Origin: a virus
Lineage: Duplodnaviria > Caudoviricetes
Virus record (IMG/VR): IMGVR_UViG_3300047283_000054
Strand: one strand, 5' to 3'
Length of the DNA stretch: 64,000 nt
Positions 54,509 through 64,000 of the stretch are shown here, piece by piece. Under the pieces are notes generated by a model that made no database searches, was not told the origin of the DNA, and worked only from the letters and a program-made list of their open reading frames with translations. Both the position numbers and the translations under genes were made by a program. Each line of letters opens with the position of its first letter. Position 1 is the stretch's first letter.

Positions 54509-57055
54509 ATGGCACTACAACCATTTAATTCGGTAAGCGGTTTCTCAGTAGGCGAAACCCCAACCGTCATCATCAGTAATACCGGCAATGTTACAGGTAA
54601 TACTGCTAATTTTTCCGGTAATCTTACTGCCCTAAATGCTAATTTAGGGAATCTTACTACTTCAAATAACTTTACTGGTAACTACATAAGTGGTAACTCT
54701 AATATAATTATTGTAGCGAACGGTGCCATAGAAATATCGTCAACCGGTAACGCAAATGTACTGGTTGTAAGTGGTACGGGTGCAAATGTCACAGGAAATT
54801 TAAGTGTATCAGGTAATGCCAACGTTGGCAATATTGGTGCTACTGGTTTTTACGGTACCACTGGTAACTTAACTGGTAATTTAGTTGCAGGTAATGTTGA
54901 TGCTGGTAACTTACTAACAGTTAACTTTGCAAATATATCAAGTAATGCAAATATTGGAAATATTGGTACAGGAATAATTACTGCATCCGGCAATATAACT
55001 GGTGCTAACTTATTCACAGGTGGTATTGTATCTGCTACAAGTAATGTTTCTGGTGGAAATATTACTACTGTAGGTGAAGTTAGTGCAACTGGTAATGTTA
55101 CTGGTAACTTCTTTATCGGTAACGGTAGTCAATTAACAGGCTTAAACACATCTGGTATTAGTAATGGTACTTCAAACATCAGTATCCCTGTAGTCGATGG
55201 TAATATTCTATTTGGTGTAGCTGGTCAAGCAAATGTATTTGTTATCGCTAACAATGGTGCAACAGTTGGTGGAAATCTTATTACTACGGGTAATGCTACA
55301 ATTGAAGACGGTGTTATTGCAACAGCAAGTAATGCTAATTTAGTATTAGAGCCAAATGGTACTGGCGTGGTTATTATTGCAAATACATCAGGTGGCGCAA
55401 CAGCTATTGAAATGGGTGATCCAACTCAAGGCAATTTAGTAAGTAACGCAGTAACACTAACAAACAGTTCATCGGTATCAAATGCTATTGCATTATTGAA
55501 TAATGTTTTAGGCAAATTAGTTCCTGCATCACCGACAAACTTCCCAGGTGGACAGACATTAAGTATTACTGATTTGTCAACATATCGTATGGCTAACTAT
55601 ACACAAACTGATAATACATCAGGTGCAAACAAAGGTGTAGCTGGCGGAACAACGGTTTCAAGCGTACTAAGAGCAAGTGGTTATACAACATCAAATATCA
55701 GTACAGTAGGCCCTGGAGATAGCGGAACAATTGCTACATACCTAAATGGTACACTTGCTGGATCAAGAACATTGACCGCAAATCTTGACGGTAATGGAAC
55801 TTATAGTAATTTGGTTATATTTAATAACTATGATTACAATGTTGCTAATGCAAATATTCAACCCGGCTTCTGGAGCGTATTCTCTGCAAGAGCAAGCGGT
55901 ACAGTAACTCAAGGTTGGAATGAAGTTTATATTGGAGATAGTGCCGCAACAGATACTAACATTCCTTTCTGGTTCTATGACTCAAGTGCTCCAGGTACAC
56001 CGCAGTTTAGCTCAACAAGCATTAATGCACCAGTAACTCCAAGCTATGTATATTCAAGTACAGTCCCTCACTATGATAACACAAATGCATTTAATTTAGC
56101 ATTTAACGTAAATCGTTTGTCAGGTAATATGTATCCAACAAGTGATACATTTATTACTGGAACTGCAGGCGGTGCATTTGGTACCCCAACAAGTCTTACA
56201 TATACAACAGCAGGCGTTGGCACTCCTCTAGCACAGAATTTATATGTTTCGTCTGGTAGCTTAACAGCAAATACTAACTCAACAATTATTTCTGGATTTG
56301 GCGCAAGTTCAAGTGGTCCATCATTAAGCGCACTTAACAGTTATGCTACTGGAACACAAGCATTTAGTCCTGGAGCAAATGTGTTGTACAAAACAGGTAC
56401 AACAAGTAGTGCAACACGTATTGAAGAAGCAAACGTATTCATTGGTTCAACAATTGGTAGTGGTAGTGGATTAGCAGTTAGAATTGTAAATCCAGGATCA
56501 GGTAACACCCCAACATTCACTGGTAGTGAAGCAAACTTTAACAGTCAATCAAGTACATTAGAAGTATATGATGCAACAGTAGTTGCAAACATATTGAAAC
56601 ACGATCAGACTAATTACTCAACTGGTTATTTACCAGTTGGCCCTAACTTAAGTTCAGGACGTAGTAGCACGCAATACTTTACATTTAAAGTAGTTAGAAC
56701 ATCAGTTTCTAAATTTGACGTTAAATGGACTGGCACAGTAGCTGGTATGTGGGTAGCATTACCTGGAAGTATCATTGACTCAACATCCGGCGCTAACGGC
56801 TGGATAGATATGAGTGTTGCATATGCAGGTTCAGGTGCCCCTGGTCAAAACATTGGTTCAGGTGGTAACGGATCTGACGGATGTGCATTAGGAGGAGTTG
56901 CCCCATTAAATTCTGCACAAACAAATAAATCGGTAACTGCTACTTTTGGTACTGTAAGTAGTTCAAGTACACCAGATAACGAAATCTATATAAGAATAGC
57001 ATTAACAAGCGGTCAATCGGTGACTGCATTATCATTACAAACTGCGAGTAACTAA
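54509..57055 (+). CDS. Asn-rich virion structural/fibre protein
   Basis: N-terminal FNSVSGFSVG anchor, NANLGN and FFIGNGSQLTG modules, globular C-terminal domain. Confidence 0.7.
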   Translation: MALQPFNSVSGFSVGETPTVIISNTGNVTGNTANFSGNLTALNANLGNLTTSNNFTGNYISGNSNIIIVANGAIEISSTGNANVLVVSGTGANVTGNLSVSGNANVGNIGATGFYGTTGNLTGNLVAGNVDAGNLLTVNFANISSNANIGNIGTGIITASGNITGANLFTGGIVSATSNVSGGNITTVGEVSATGNVTGNFFIGNGSQLTGLNTSGISNGTSNISIPVVDGNILFGVAGQANVFVIANNGATVGGNLITTGNATIEDGVIATASNANLVLEPNGTGVVIIANTSGGATAIEMGDPTQGNLVSNAVTLTNSSSVSNAIALLNNVLGKLVPASPTNFPGGQTLSITDLSTYRMANYTQTDNTSGANKGVAGGTTVSSVLRASGYTTSNISTVGPGDSGTIATYLNGTLAGSRTLTANLDGNGTYSNLVIFNNYDYNVANANIQPGFWSVFSARASGTVTQGWNEVYIGDSAATDTNIPFWFYDSSAPGTPQFSSTSINAPVTPSYVYSSTVPHYDNTNAFNLAFNVNRLSGNMYPTSDTFITGTAGGAFGTPTSLTYTTAGVGTPLAQNLYVSSGSLTANTNSTIISGFGASSSGPSLSALNSYATGTQAFSPGANVLYKTGTTSSATRIEEANVFIGSTIGSGSGLAVRIVNPGSGNTPTFTGSEANFNSQSSTLEVYDATVVANILKHDQTNYSTGYLPVGPNLSSGRSSTQYFTFKVVRTSVSKFDVKWTGTVAGMWVALPGSIIDSTSGANGWIDMSVAYAGSGAPGQNIGSGGNGSDGCALGGVAPLNSAQTNKSVTATFGTVSSSSTPDNEIYIRIALTSGQSVTALSLQTASN

Positions 57056-57057
57056 TC

Positions 57058-60000
57058 ATGGCCGTATCACAAGCACAAATCGTTGACTTACTATACAAAC
57101 AAGCGTTTGGTGTCACTAAAACTGACACTGCACAAAATAAAAGTCCTAGTAACGAATCAATCCCTAGCCCCGCATTAAATCGTGGCGACACTGCCTGGAC
57201 ACAAGCAGATGCAATCCCCAATCCAGCAGCCGCAGTAGCTAATGTCGTTCAAGCATATGTTGGAGCAAATGCAGTAGAATGTATTGCAGATAATACAACA
57301 GTTCCGATTGGTGGTATTTACCCAACTTGGGAAACACAATTAACTAACTGGATACCACAAGAATTTGGCGCAACATATGTAGTTCAAGTTTGGGTTGATA
57401 ATAGCGGTGTTGCTAATCCAACAAGCACAGGTACACAAATCTTTGCTGACGGTTCAGGTGGCACTGGTCAATATTATTACAATTATGAATCTGGTGTATT
57501 AAACTTCATCGGCGAAACTATCCCTGCGGCATTGACTGCTGGTAAAGTTCTTTATATCGTTGGTTACAGATACATTGGTTTAACTGGTGTAACAAATTTA
57601 CCAAGCGGTACTGACATTGGAAACCTTCAAATCACTGGTTCTAATATTGCAGGTACCGACGCTAATGCAAATGTATACCTTAATCCAAACGGTTCTGGTC
57701 AAGTAGTTGTTAGTGGTAACATTACCGCAAGCTATCTTTTTGGTAATGGTAGTCAATTATCCGGTATCGACACATCAGGCGTAAGTAACGGTACAAGTAA
57801 TTTAAGTATCCCTGTAGCAAATGGTAACGTTAATGTTACAGCCGATGGAAACACAGTTCTAGTAGTCACAACAAATGGCGCAAACGTAGTTGGATACTTA
57901 GATGTTAATGGTAACATCACTTCATTAAATGCTAACTTAGGCAATTTAGCAACGGCTAACTTTGTAAACGTATCAAGTAACGTTAATGTTACAGATACGA
58001 TGCAAGCCGGTAATGTTCGTACAGACAATTTATTATATGCTAACGGTAATCCTTGGGATCTACAAGAAGCTGCCGGTTCAAATACGCAAATTCAATACAA
58101 TGATGGTAGCAATAACTTTGGCGCAAGTGCAAACTTCACGTTTGATTATGCTACACAAACATTAAATGTAACTGGCACTGCAAATATCAGTGGTGACTTA
58201 AACGGTAACGTTGGTAACTTCAGTGGTAACGTTTCTGCACTAAATGCTAATTTAGGTAATTTAGGAACTGCTAACTTTATCAGTGTATCAAGCAATGTTA
58301 CAACGAATAACCTAGCTGTTAATTTAGAAATTTCTGGTAATACAGCAAACTTTTCTGGTAATATCATTACACTAAATGCTAATTTAGGTAACTTAGTAAC
58401 AGCAAACTATGCAAACTTTGGAATATTAGCCGCAAATACTGCAAATATTTCTGGTAATATTAATGCAAACTCAGCAAACATAACTGGTAACTTGTATGCA
58501 GGTAATGCAAACATCACCCAGTTCTTAGAAACACAATACGCTAACGTTAGTGCAAACTTGATTACAGGTAATGCTAACTTAGGTAACTATGCAATTGTTA
58601 ATTTCTTAGAAGTTACTAGTAACTTACAATCTAACAACGCTAACGTTTTAGGAACAATTCTTGCAAACGTAGCAAATATTAACGGCACTATCACATCTGG
58701 TAATGCTAATTTAGGTAACTTAATAACAGCCAACTTTGCTAATATTTCTGGTAACTTATTAGTTGCTAATGCTAACATCTCTGATGTTTTAACAGCAAAT
58801 ACTGCAAACATTGTTACATTATTAACAGCAAACACTGCTAACATAACAGCATTGTTGACAACAGCAAACGCCAATGTAACAGATACATTGATTGCAAACA
58901 TTGCAAATATCTCTACACTAAATGCTAATTCATTCAGTGTGTCAGGTAATATTTCAGCTGGCAATGCTAATTTAGGTAACTTGGTTACAGCTAATTACTT
59001 CACTGGTGTGTTGGTTAACGGAACATCTAATGTAACTGTTGCAAATAATGGTAACATTGATTTAACTGCAGGTGGTAACACTACATTAGTATTAACACCA
59101 ACTGGTGCTAACATTACAGGTTATGGTAACTTCAGTAGTAACTTAACAGCACTAAATGCTAACTTGGGTAACTTGGTAGAAGCTAATCACTTTACTGCGT
59201 CTGGTAACGTAAGTGCAAATATTGTTAATGCTAATTACTTATATGGTATATTAGCAAACGGTACATCAAATATACAAATATTCTCAAATGCTAATATTGC
59301 GTTCAGTGCAAATGGTTTTGCTAATATTATCGTTGTATCTGAGCTTGGCGCAAACGTAACAGGTTATATTGATGCTAATGGTAATGTTAATGCAGGTGCA
59401 TTGTACTCTACAACACTAACATCTAACTCTGGTGCGTTAGACATTTATTCAGAACAAGCTGGTAATACAAATATCAACTTACACGCTTTTGGTAATGGTA
59501 CAGTTGATGTAGGCAACGTAAGAATTACAAGTCTTGCAACACCAACAGGTGACTTTGATGCGGCAACAAAAGAATACGTTGATGCTGTAGCACAAGGATT
59601 AAACATCAAGGCTTCAGTATATGTAGGTACTACGGCAGCATTACCAGCATATACTTATAATAACGGTACAGCCGGCGTCGGCGCAACTATTACTGCAAGT
59701 GCAAACGGTGCATTAGTTCTTGACGGTGAAACAATATCAACTTTGGGAACACGTGTTCTTGTTAAGAATGAAACAGCCGGCAATGCACCTTATAATGGTA
59801 TATACACATTAACAACTGCAGGTGACGGAAGCACAGCATTCGTATTAACTCGTTCATTAGATATGAACGTAGCGGCAGAATTTGATGGATCATTTACTTT
59901 CATTAGTACTGGTGCAACATTGGCTGATACAGGTTGGGTACAAACAGCACCTATTACAGTAGTTGGAACAACTCCTGTAGTATGGACACAGTTCTCAGGT

Positions 60001-61815
60001 GGTGGTCAATATCAAGCGGCAAACGGTATCGCATTAAATGGCACATTATTCACAGCAAACGTTGATGGTATCACTACTGAAATCAGTAGTGGTAACATTG
60101 TCGTTAAAGCTAATGCACAGTTTACAACACCAAACATTGGTGCGGCAACAGGTACAAGTATTGATTTAACAGGTAATGTATTAGCCGCTAATGTTAATGC
60201 TAATGGTGAAGTTTTCTCTAACACATTATTAGTTACAAACCTAGCAAACGTAGGTTCATTATCTGTAATAGGTAATAGTACTACTAACAACTTAAGCGTT
60301 ACTAATGAGTTTACTGCTAATGCAGGAAACGTTAGTGGTAACTTAGCAGTTGGTAACTTAACAGTTAATGGAAATTCTTCACTATCAGGTAACTTTACTG
60401 CTAATAATATTACTGCTAACTTTGAATTTAGTTCAAACACGGCAAACATAACAACTGGTTTAATTGCAGGTAACTTAACATCAAATGGATTAACATCAAC
60501 ACGTGTTACATTTGCTGGTACAGGTGGTTTATTAACAGACAGTGCAAATCTTACATTTGTAACTGCATCTGATACACTATCAACTGTTAATGCTAATTTA
60601 ACTGGTAATGTTATTGCGGCAAATCTAACATCAAACGCATTAACAGCAACACATGTTACATACGCTGGTGCAAATGGCTTGTTAGCAGGTAATTCACAGT
60701 TTACATACGCCGCAATAGGTGATTTATTAACTGTTGGTAACGCTAACGTTGGAGCAAACATAAATGCTGGAACATTGGTTAACTCTCCAAACGTTACAGT
60801 AACATCATTGACTGCCGGACGAGTAACGTTCGCTGATACAAATGGTCTATTAGTTGACAGTGCTAACTTAACATTCGATTCATTCTGGAACAGATTGGCA
60901 ACTGGTGAGGGTAACTTCACTGCTAACTTAGTGGCAGCAAACTTAAGTTCTAACAACTTGTCAAATGGTCGTGTTACCTTCTCTAATACAGGTGGACAAC
61001 TGGTTGACGCATCAACATTTACATACGATGTAGTTGTAGATTTATTAGCTGTTGGTAACGCAAACATTGGTGCATTTGCAAATGTTACAGGTAACTTAAC
61101 TGCTGGCAATATAACAACAACTGGTACTGCAAACATTGGCACATTGTCAATGGTTGGCACAAGTAACTTAGGCCCAATTGGTAATGTTACAATTACTGGT
61201 GGTTCTAATGGTCAAGTTATAACTACAAATGGTGCAGGTGGATTGTCATTCGTTTCAATCAGTACATCAAGTATCAGTAATGGTAATAGTAATGTAAGTA
61301 TTCCAAATGCTAACGGTAACATTGAATTCTCAGTAGCCGGTAATGCTAACGTTGTTACATTCACTGGAACTGGTGCAAATATCAATGGATACTTATCAGT
61401 ATCAGGTAACACAACCGGCGCTAACTTAATAACTGCTGGTGTAGTTCAGTCTAATACTGCAAACATCTCTACTTTTGTAACATTGGGTAATACTAACATT
61501 CAGTGGGGAACAGCAACAACAACTTCAATTACAGCAGACCAAGTAATTGCAAGTGTTGCAGTTTCTGGTATAACTGGTGTAGAGTTCTTAGTTAAAGGTG
61601 TAGATTCAACAGGTGGTAAATACTCTATTGCAACTGTACAAGCGGTTACAGATGGAACAACTGTTGCAGATTATGCAATATTTGGAACTGTTTTAGTTAA
61701 TGGCGTATCAACCGGAATACTAAGTGTTGCATTGAGTGGCAGTAACATTGAATTGCAAGTAACCCCATCAAGTACTAATAGTACTGTTTGGACAACACAG
61801 TTCAGAACAATTTAA
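57058..61815 (+). CDS. long Asn-rich tail fibre-like protein
   Basis: Many NANLGN repeats; DAATKEYVD...RVLVKNET...NGIY fibre module; C-terminal domain similar to that of 52412..54472. Confidence 0.7.
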   Translation: MAVSQAQIVDLLYKQAFGVTKTDTAQNKSPSNESIPSPALNRGDTAWTQADAIPNPAAAVANVVQAYVGANAVECIADNTTVPIGGIYPTWETQLTNWIPQEFGATYVVQVWVDNSGVANPTSTGTQIFADGSGGTGQYYYNYESGVLNFIGETIPAALTAGKVLYIVGYRYIGLTGVTNLPSGTDIGNLQITGSNIAGTDANANVYLNPNGSGQVVVSGNITASYLFGNGSQLSGIDTSGVSNGTSNLSIPVANGNVNVTADGNTVLVVTTNGANVVGYLDVNGNITSLNANLGNLATANFVNVSSNVNVTDTMQAGNVRTDNLLYANGNPWDLQEAAGSNTQIQYNDGSNNFGASANFTFDYATQTLNVTGTANISGDLNGNVGNFSGNVSALNANLGNLGTANFISVSSNVTTNNLAVNLEISGNTANFSGNIITLNANLGNLVTANYANFGILAANTANISGNINANSANITGNLYAGNANITQFLETQYANVSANLITGNANLGNYAIVNFLEVTSNLQSNNANVLGTILANVANINGTITSGNANLGNLITANFANISGNLLVANANISDVLTANTANIVTLLTANTANITALLTTANANVTDTLIANIANISTLNANSFSVSGNISAGNANLGNLVTANYFTGVLVNGTSNVTVANNGNIDLTAGGNTTLVLTPTGANITGYGNFSSNLTALNANLGNLVEANHFTASGNVSANIVNANYLYGILANGTSNIQIFSNANIAFSANGFANIIVVSELGANVTGYIDANGNVNAGALYSTTLTSNSGALDIYSEQAGNTNINLHAFGNGTVDVGNVRITSLATPTGDFDAATKEYVDAVAQGLNIKASVYVGTTAALPAYTYNNGTAGVGATITASANGALVLDGETISTLGTRVLVKNETAGNAPYNGIYTLTTAGDGSTAFVLTRSLDMNVAAEFDGSFTFISTGATLADTGWVQTAPITVVGTTPVVWTQFSGGGQYQAANGIALNGTLFTANVDGITTEISSGNIVVKANAQFTTPNIGAATGTSIDLTGNVLAANVNANGEVFSNTLLVTNLANVGSLSVIGNSTTNNLSVTNEFTANAGNVSGNLAVGNLTVNGNSSLSGNFTANNITANFEFSSNTANITTGLIAGNLTSNGLTSTRVTFAGTGGLLTDSANLTFVTASDTLSTVNANLTGNVIAANLTSNALTATHVTYAGANGLLAGNSQFTYAAIGDLLTVGNANVGANINAGTLVNSPNVTVTSLTAGRVTFADTNGLLVDSANLTFDSFWNRLATGEGNFTANLVAANLSSNNLSNGRVTFSNTGGQLVDASTFTYDVVVDLLAVGNANIGAFANVTGNLTAGNITTTGTANIGTLSMVGTSNLGPIGNVTITGGSNGQVITTNGAGGLSFVSISTSSISNGNSNVSIPNANGNIEFSVAGNANVVTFTGTGANINGYLSVSGNTTGANLITAGVVQSNTANISTFVTLGNTNIQWGTATTTSITADQVIASVAVSGITGVEFLVKGVDSTGGKYSIATVQAVTDGTTVADYAIFGTVLVNGVSTGILSVALSGSNIELQVTPSSTNSTVWTTQFRTI

Positions 61816-61834
61816 TAACTAGTAAAGAATAAAA

Positions 61835-62533
61835 ATGGCACAAAAACCCTTAAGTTCGCTAGGTGGATTCGCAGTAGGATCAAATGCTAACATTGTTATC
61901 ATTGATTCTGCTGGCAATATTACCACTGATGCCATCACAGTAAGTCTCGATGCAAATCTAGGTAATGTAGCAAATATTGTTATTACTGGTGGTGCAAACG
62001 GGCAATTCTTACAGACTGATGGTAACGGAGTGTTATCATTTGCAGTACCGTCCGCAACAAGCAATAGTGCGGCGCCAATGCCCTATCTAATACCAACTGG
62101 TGACTCATACATAGTTAATGATAACTTTCAAGGTTTATTTGCAAACACAATCACAATTGATGGTGATTTTACAATTGATGGTGAATTGATAGAAGTAGGC
62201 ACAGCAGATCCTGCAGCCTTGTTTGAATCAGTTACCTCTAATAATGTTCAGATGGAAGTTGGTAAATCATATATTGTAGATACAACAGTATCCAGAACAG
62301 TGGTATTACCATCATCTGCTAATGTTGGTTTTGGCGATCAAGTAACAATCATTGATGGCACTGGTAATGCGTATCTAAGCCCAATATCAATTAGTGGAAA
62401 CGGATCTAATATATTGGGTGACGCTAATGCGTATGTACTGGGAGTCAATGATTCTGCGGTAACATTGGTGTACTATAATACTCCACGTGGTTGGATATTA
62501 AGTGCATACCCAATATTGAATTATAGCCCGTAA
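61835..62533 (+). CDS. fibre/baseplate protein with a T4 gp9/gp10-like C-terminal domain
   Basis: Y.VDT.....V.LP.....GD.V.IID..G...I.I..NG..I...V.LVY.....GW pattern. Confidence 0.55.
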   Translation: MAQKPLSSLGGFAVGSNANIVIIDSAGNITTDAITVSLDANLGNVANIVITGGANGQFLQTDGNGVLSFAVPSATSNSAAPMPYLIPTGDSYIVNDNFQGLFANTITIDGDFTIDGELIEVGTADPAALFESVTSNNVQMEVGKSYIVDTTVSRTVVLPSSANVGFGDQVTIIDGTGNAYLSPISISGNGSNILGDANAYVLGVNDSAVTLVYYNTPRGWILSAYPILNYSP

Positions 62534-62593
62534 TATTGTAAAAATACAGTATTAAATGATAAAGAGATAAATATATTATAATAGGAAAAAATT

Positions 62594-64000
62594 ATGCTGA
62601 TTTTACTACAAAGAGCAAGTGCAAATGTACCCAACCCACCAGCCGGCAAGTCAACACTATTTGTTGATACAAACGGAAACTTTAACGTTCTGAATAGTAA
62701 CGGAGGATACGGCTCATTTAACGGTTCTTTCGTTGCGATTGGCAATGTCGATTTAGGTCCCGTAGGAAATATTTTTATTGCTGATGGCTCTAATGGTCAA
62801 GTACTCAAATCATACGGAGCTAACGGCCATGTATATTGGGATACTGATAGTGCGACCCCAGGTGGCTCTAATACACAAATTCAATTTAATGACGCTGGTT
62901 CATTAGGCGGTAACACTGGTTTTACTTTTGACAAAACGACTGGAGCATTATCTATAACGGGTAATATCTCTGCTGGTAACGTAGGTGCTACAACATTCAC
63001 TGGTGCTCTGAGTGGTGCGGCAACAACAGCTGGTACTGTAACAACAGCGGCTCAACCTAACATTACAAGTGTTGGTACATTAACAAGCTTAAGTGTTACT
63101 GGTAATGTAGCTGCCGGCAACATTTTAACAGATAATCTATTATATGCTAACGGTACTGCATGGGATATGCAACAACCGGGCGGTACTAACACACAAGTTC
63201 AATATAATAACAATGATAATTTTGGTGCATCTTCTGCATTTACATTTGATTCTGGAACAAATACTTTAACTGCAACAAACATTGCAGGCACAACTGTTAG
63301 TGTAGTTGGTAATGTAACTGGCGCTAACTTATTCACTGGTGGCTTTGTTTCCGCAACCGGTAATGTTACTGGTGCATTCTTTATTGGTAATGGTAGTCAA
63401 TTAACAGGTATTGATGCTACCACTATTCAAAATGGTACAGCAAACGTAAGAACATTTAATAATGCCAATGTAACAGTTAGTTCCAACGGTAATGCAAACA
63501 TATTAGTAGTTACGGGCACTGGTGCAAATATTAATGGCACATTAAGTGCAACTGGTAACGTAACTGGTGCTAACTTATTTACCAGTGGAAGTGTAGATGC
63601 AACCGGTAACATTAATGCTACTGGTAATGTTTCTGCCGGTAACATTGGTACAACTGGTAATGTTTCTGCTGTCAATATAAATGCTACCGGGAATGTGTTG
63701 GCAACAACAGGTGAAATAAAATCTAATATAGCAAACATTACAAATCTTTTAGTAGCAAATGTAATAACTGCATCAGGTAACGCAAACGTTGGTAATATTG
63801 GAGCGGCAACAGGTATATTTACAACTGTTTCTGTGTCAGGCAATTTAACTGTAGGTAATATCGTATCAAGCGGCACAGGTGGCAACATTTCTGGTGCTAA
63901 CGTAATATCTGCTAATCTATTCACTGGTACACTAACAACAGCGGCACAGCCAAACATTACAAGTACTGGTACTCTCACTTCATTAGCAGTAACTGGTACT
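62594..64000 (+). CDS. Asn/Gly-rich modular fibre protein, 3'-truncated by the window end
   Basis: Not in the ORF track. AGGA RBS, then ATG 62594 (MLILLQRASANVPNPPAGKSTLFVD), open to 64000; shares PGGSNTQIQFN and QPNITS modules. Confidence 0.8.
   Translation, partial: MLILLQRASANVPNPPAGKSTLFVDTNGNFNVLNSNGGYGSFNGSFVAIGNVDLGPVGNIFIADGSNGQVLKSYGANGHVYWDTDSATPGGSNTQIQFNDAGSLGGNTGFTFDKTTGALSITGNISAGNVGATTFTGALSGAATTAGTVTTAAQPNITSVGTLTSLSVTGNVAAGNILTDNLLYANGTAWDMQQPGGTNTQVQYNNNDNFGASSAFTFDSGTNTLTATNIAGTTVSVVGNVTGANLFTGGFVSATGNVTGAFFIGNGSQLTGIDATTIQNGTANVRTFNNANVTVSSNGNANILVVTGTGANINGTLSATGNVTGANLFTSGSVDATGNINATGNVSAGNIGTTGNVSAVNINATGNVLATTGEIKSNIANITNLLVANVITASGNANVGNIGAATGIFTTVSVSGNLTVGNIVSSGTGGNISGANVISANLFTGTLTTAAQPNITSTGTLTSLAVTGT

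Noticed and set aside
5149-63978. Many opposite-strand ORFs in the track (e.g. 27715-28461, 60012-61160, 63427-63978, 43241-43669)
   Set aside because: Antisense shadows of long genes with biased codon usage; no RBS, promoter or motifs
52412-64000. Diversity-generating retroelement acting on the AAC-rich fibre genes
   Set aside because: No reverse transcriptase in the window; repeat differences are mostly synonymous, with no non-coding template repeat
1-64000. Stop-codon reassignment
   Set aside because: Core genes and an 18.8-kb ORF translate intact in the standard code at high coding density

Overview
A 64-kb AT-rich segment of a large T4-like (myovirus, probably jumbo-type) phage genome in the standard genetic code. 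From left to right it holds five blocks. (1) A minus-strand late block (1-34716): two glycosyltransferase-like paralogues, tail fibre/baseplate genes, a giant 6258-aa multi-domain baseplate protein, and gp6, gp25, gp5-like, hub, gp53 and gp48/54-like genes. (2) A plus-strand block: gp55 late sigma, gp47/gp46 recombination nuclease, a radical SAM enzyme and a Holliday-junction resolvase. (3) A ~500-nt ORF-free, hairpin-dense intergenic region, then a gp26/gp51-like pair joined by a -1 slippery site. (4) A tape-measure-like protein with a C-terminal lysozyme, followed by the head module (gp20, core protein, gp21, gp22, gp23). (5) An accessory island (fatty-acid desaturase, DUF6165-like protein, degenerate HNH) and a family of Asn-rich modular fibre proteins running off the right end. 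Most interesting: the candidate large structured ncRNA or origin at 40364-40869, the T-TTT-TTC -1 frameshift in the gp26/gp51 pair, apparently leaderless transcription from a (G/C/A)(A/C)TAAATA late promoter, and a possible virion-glycosylation system. All family assignments come from motif recognition by eye, with no database search.
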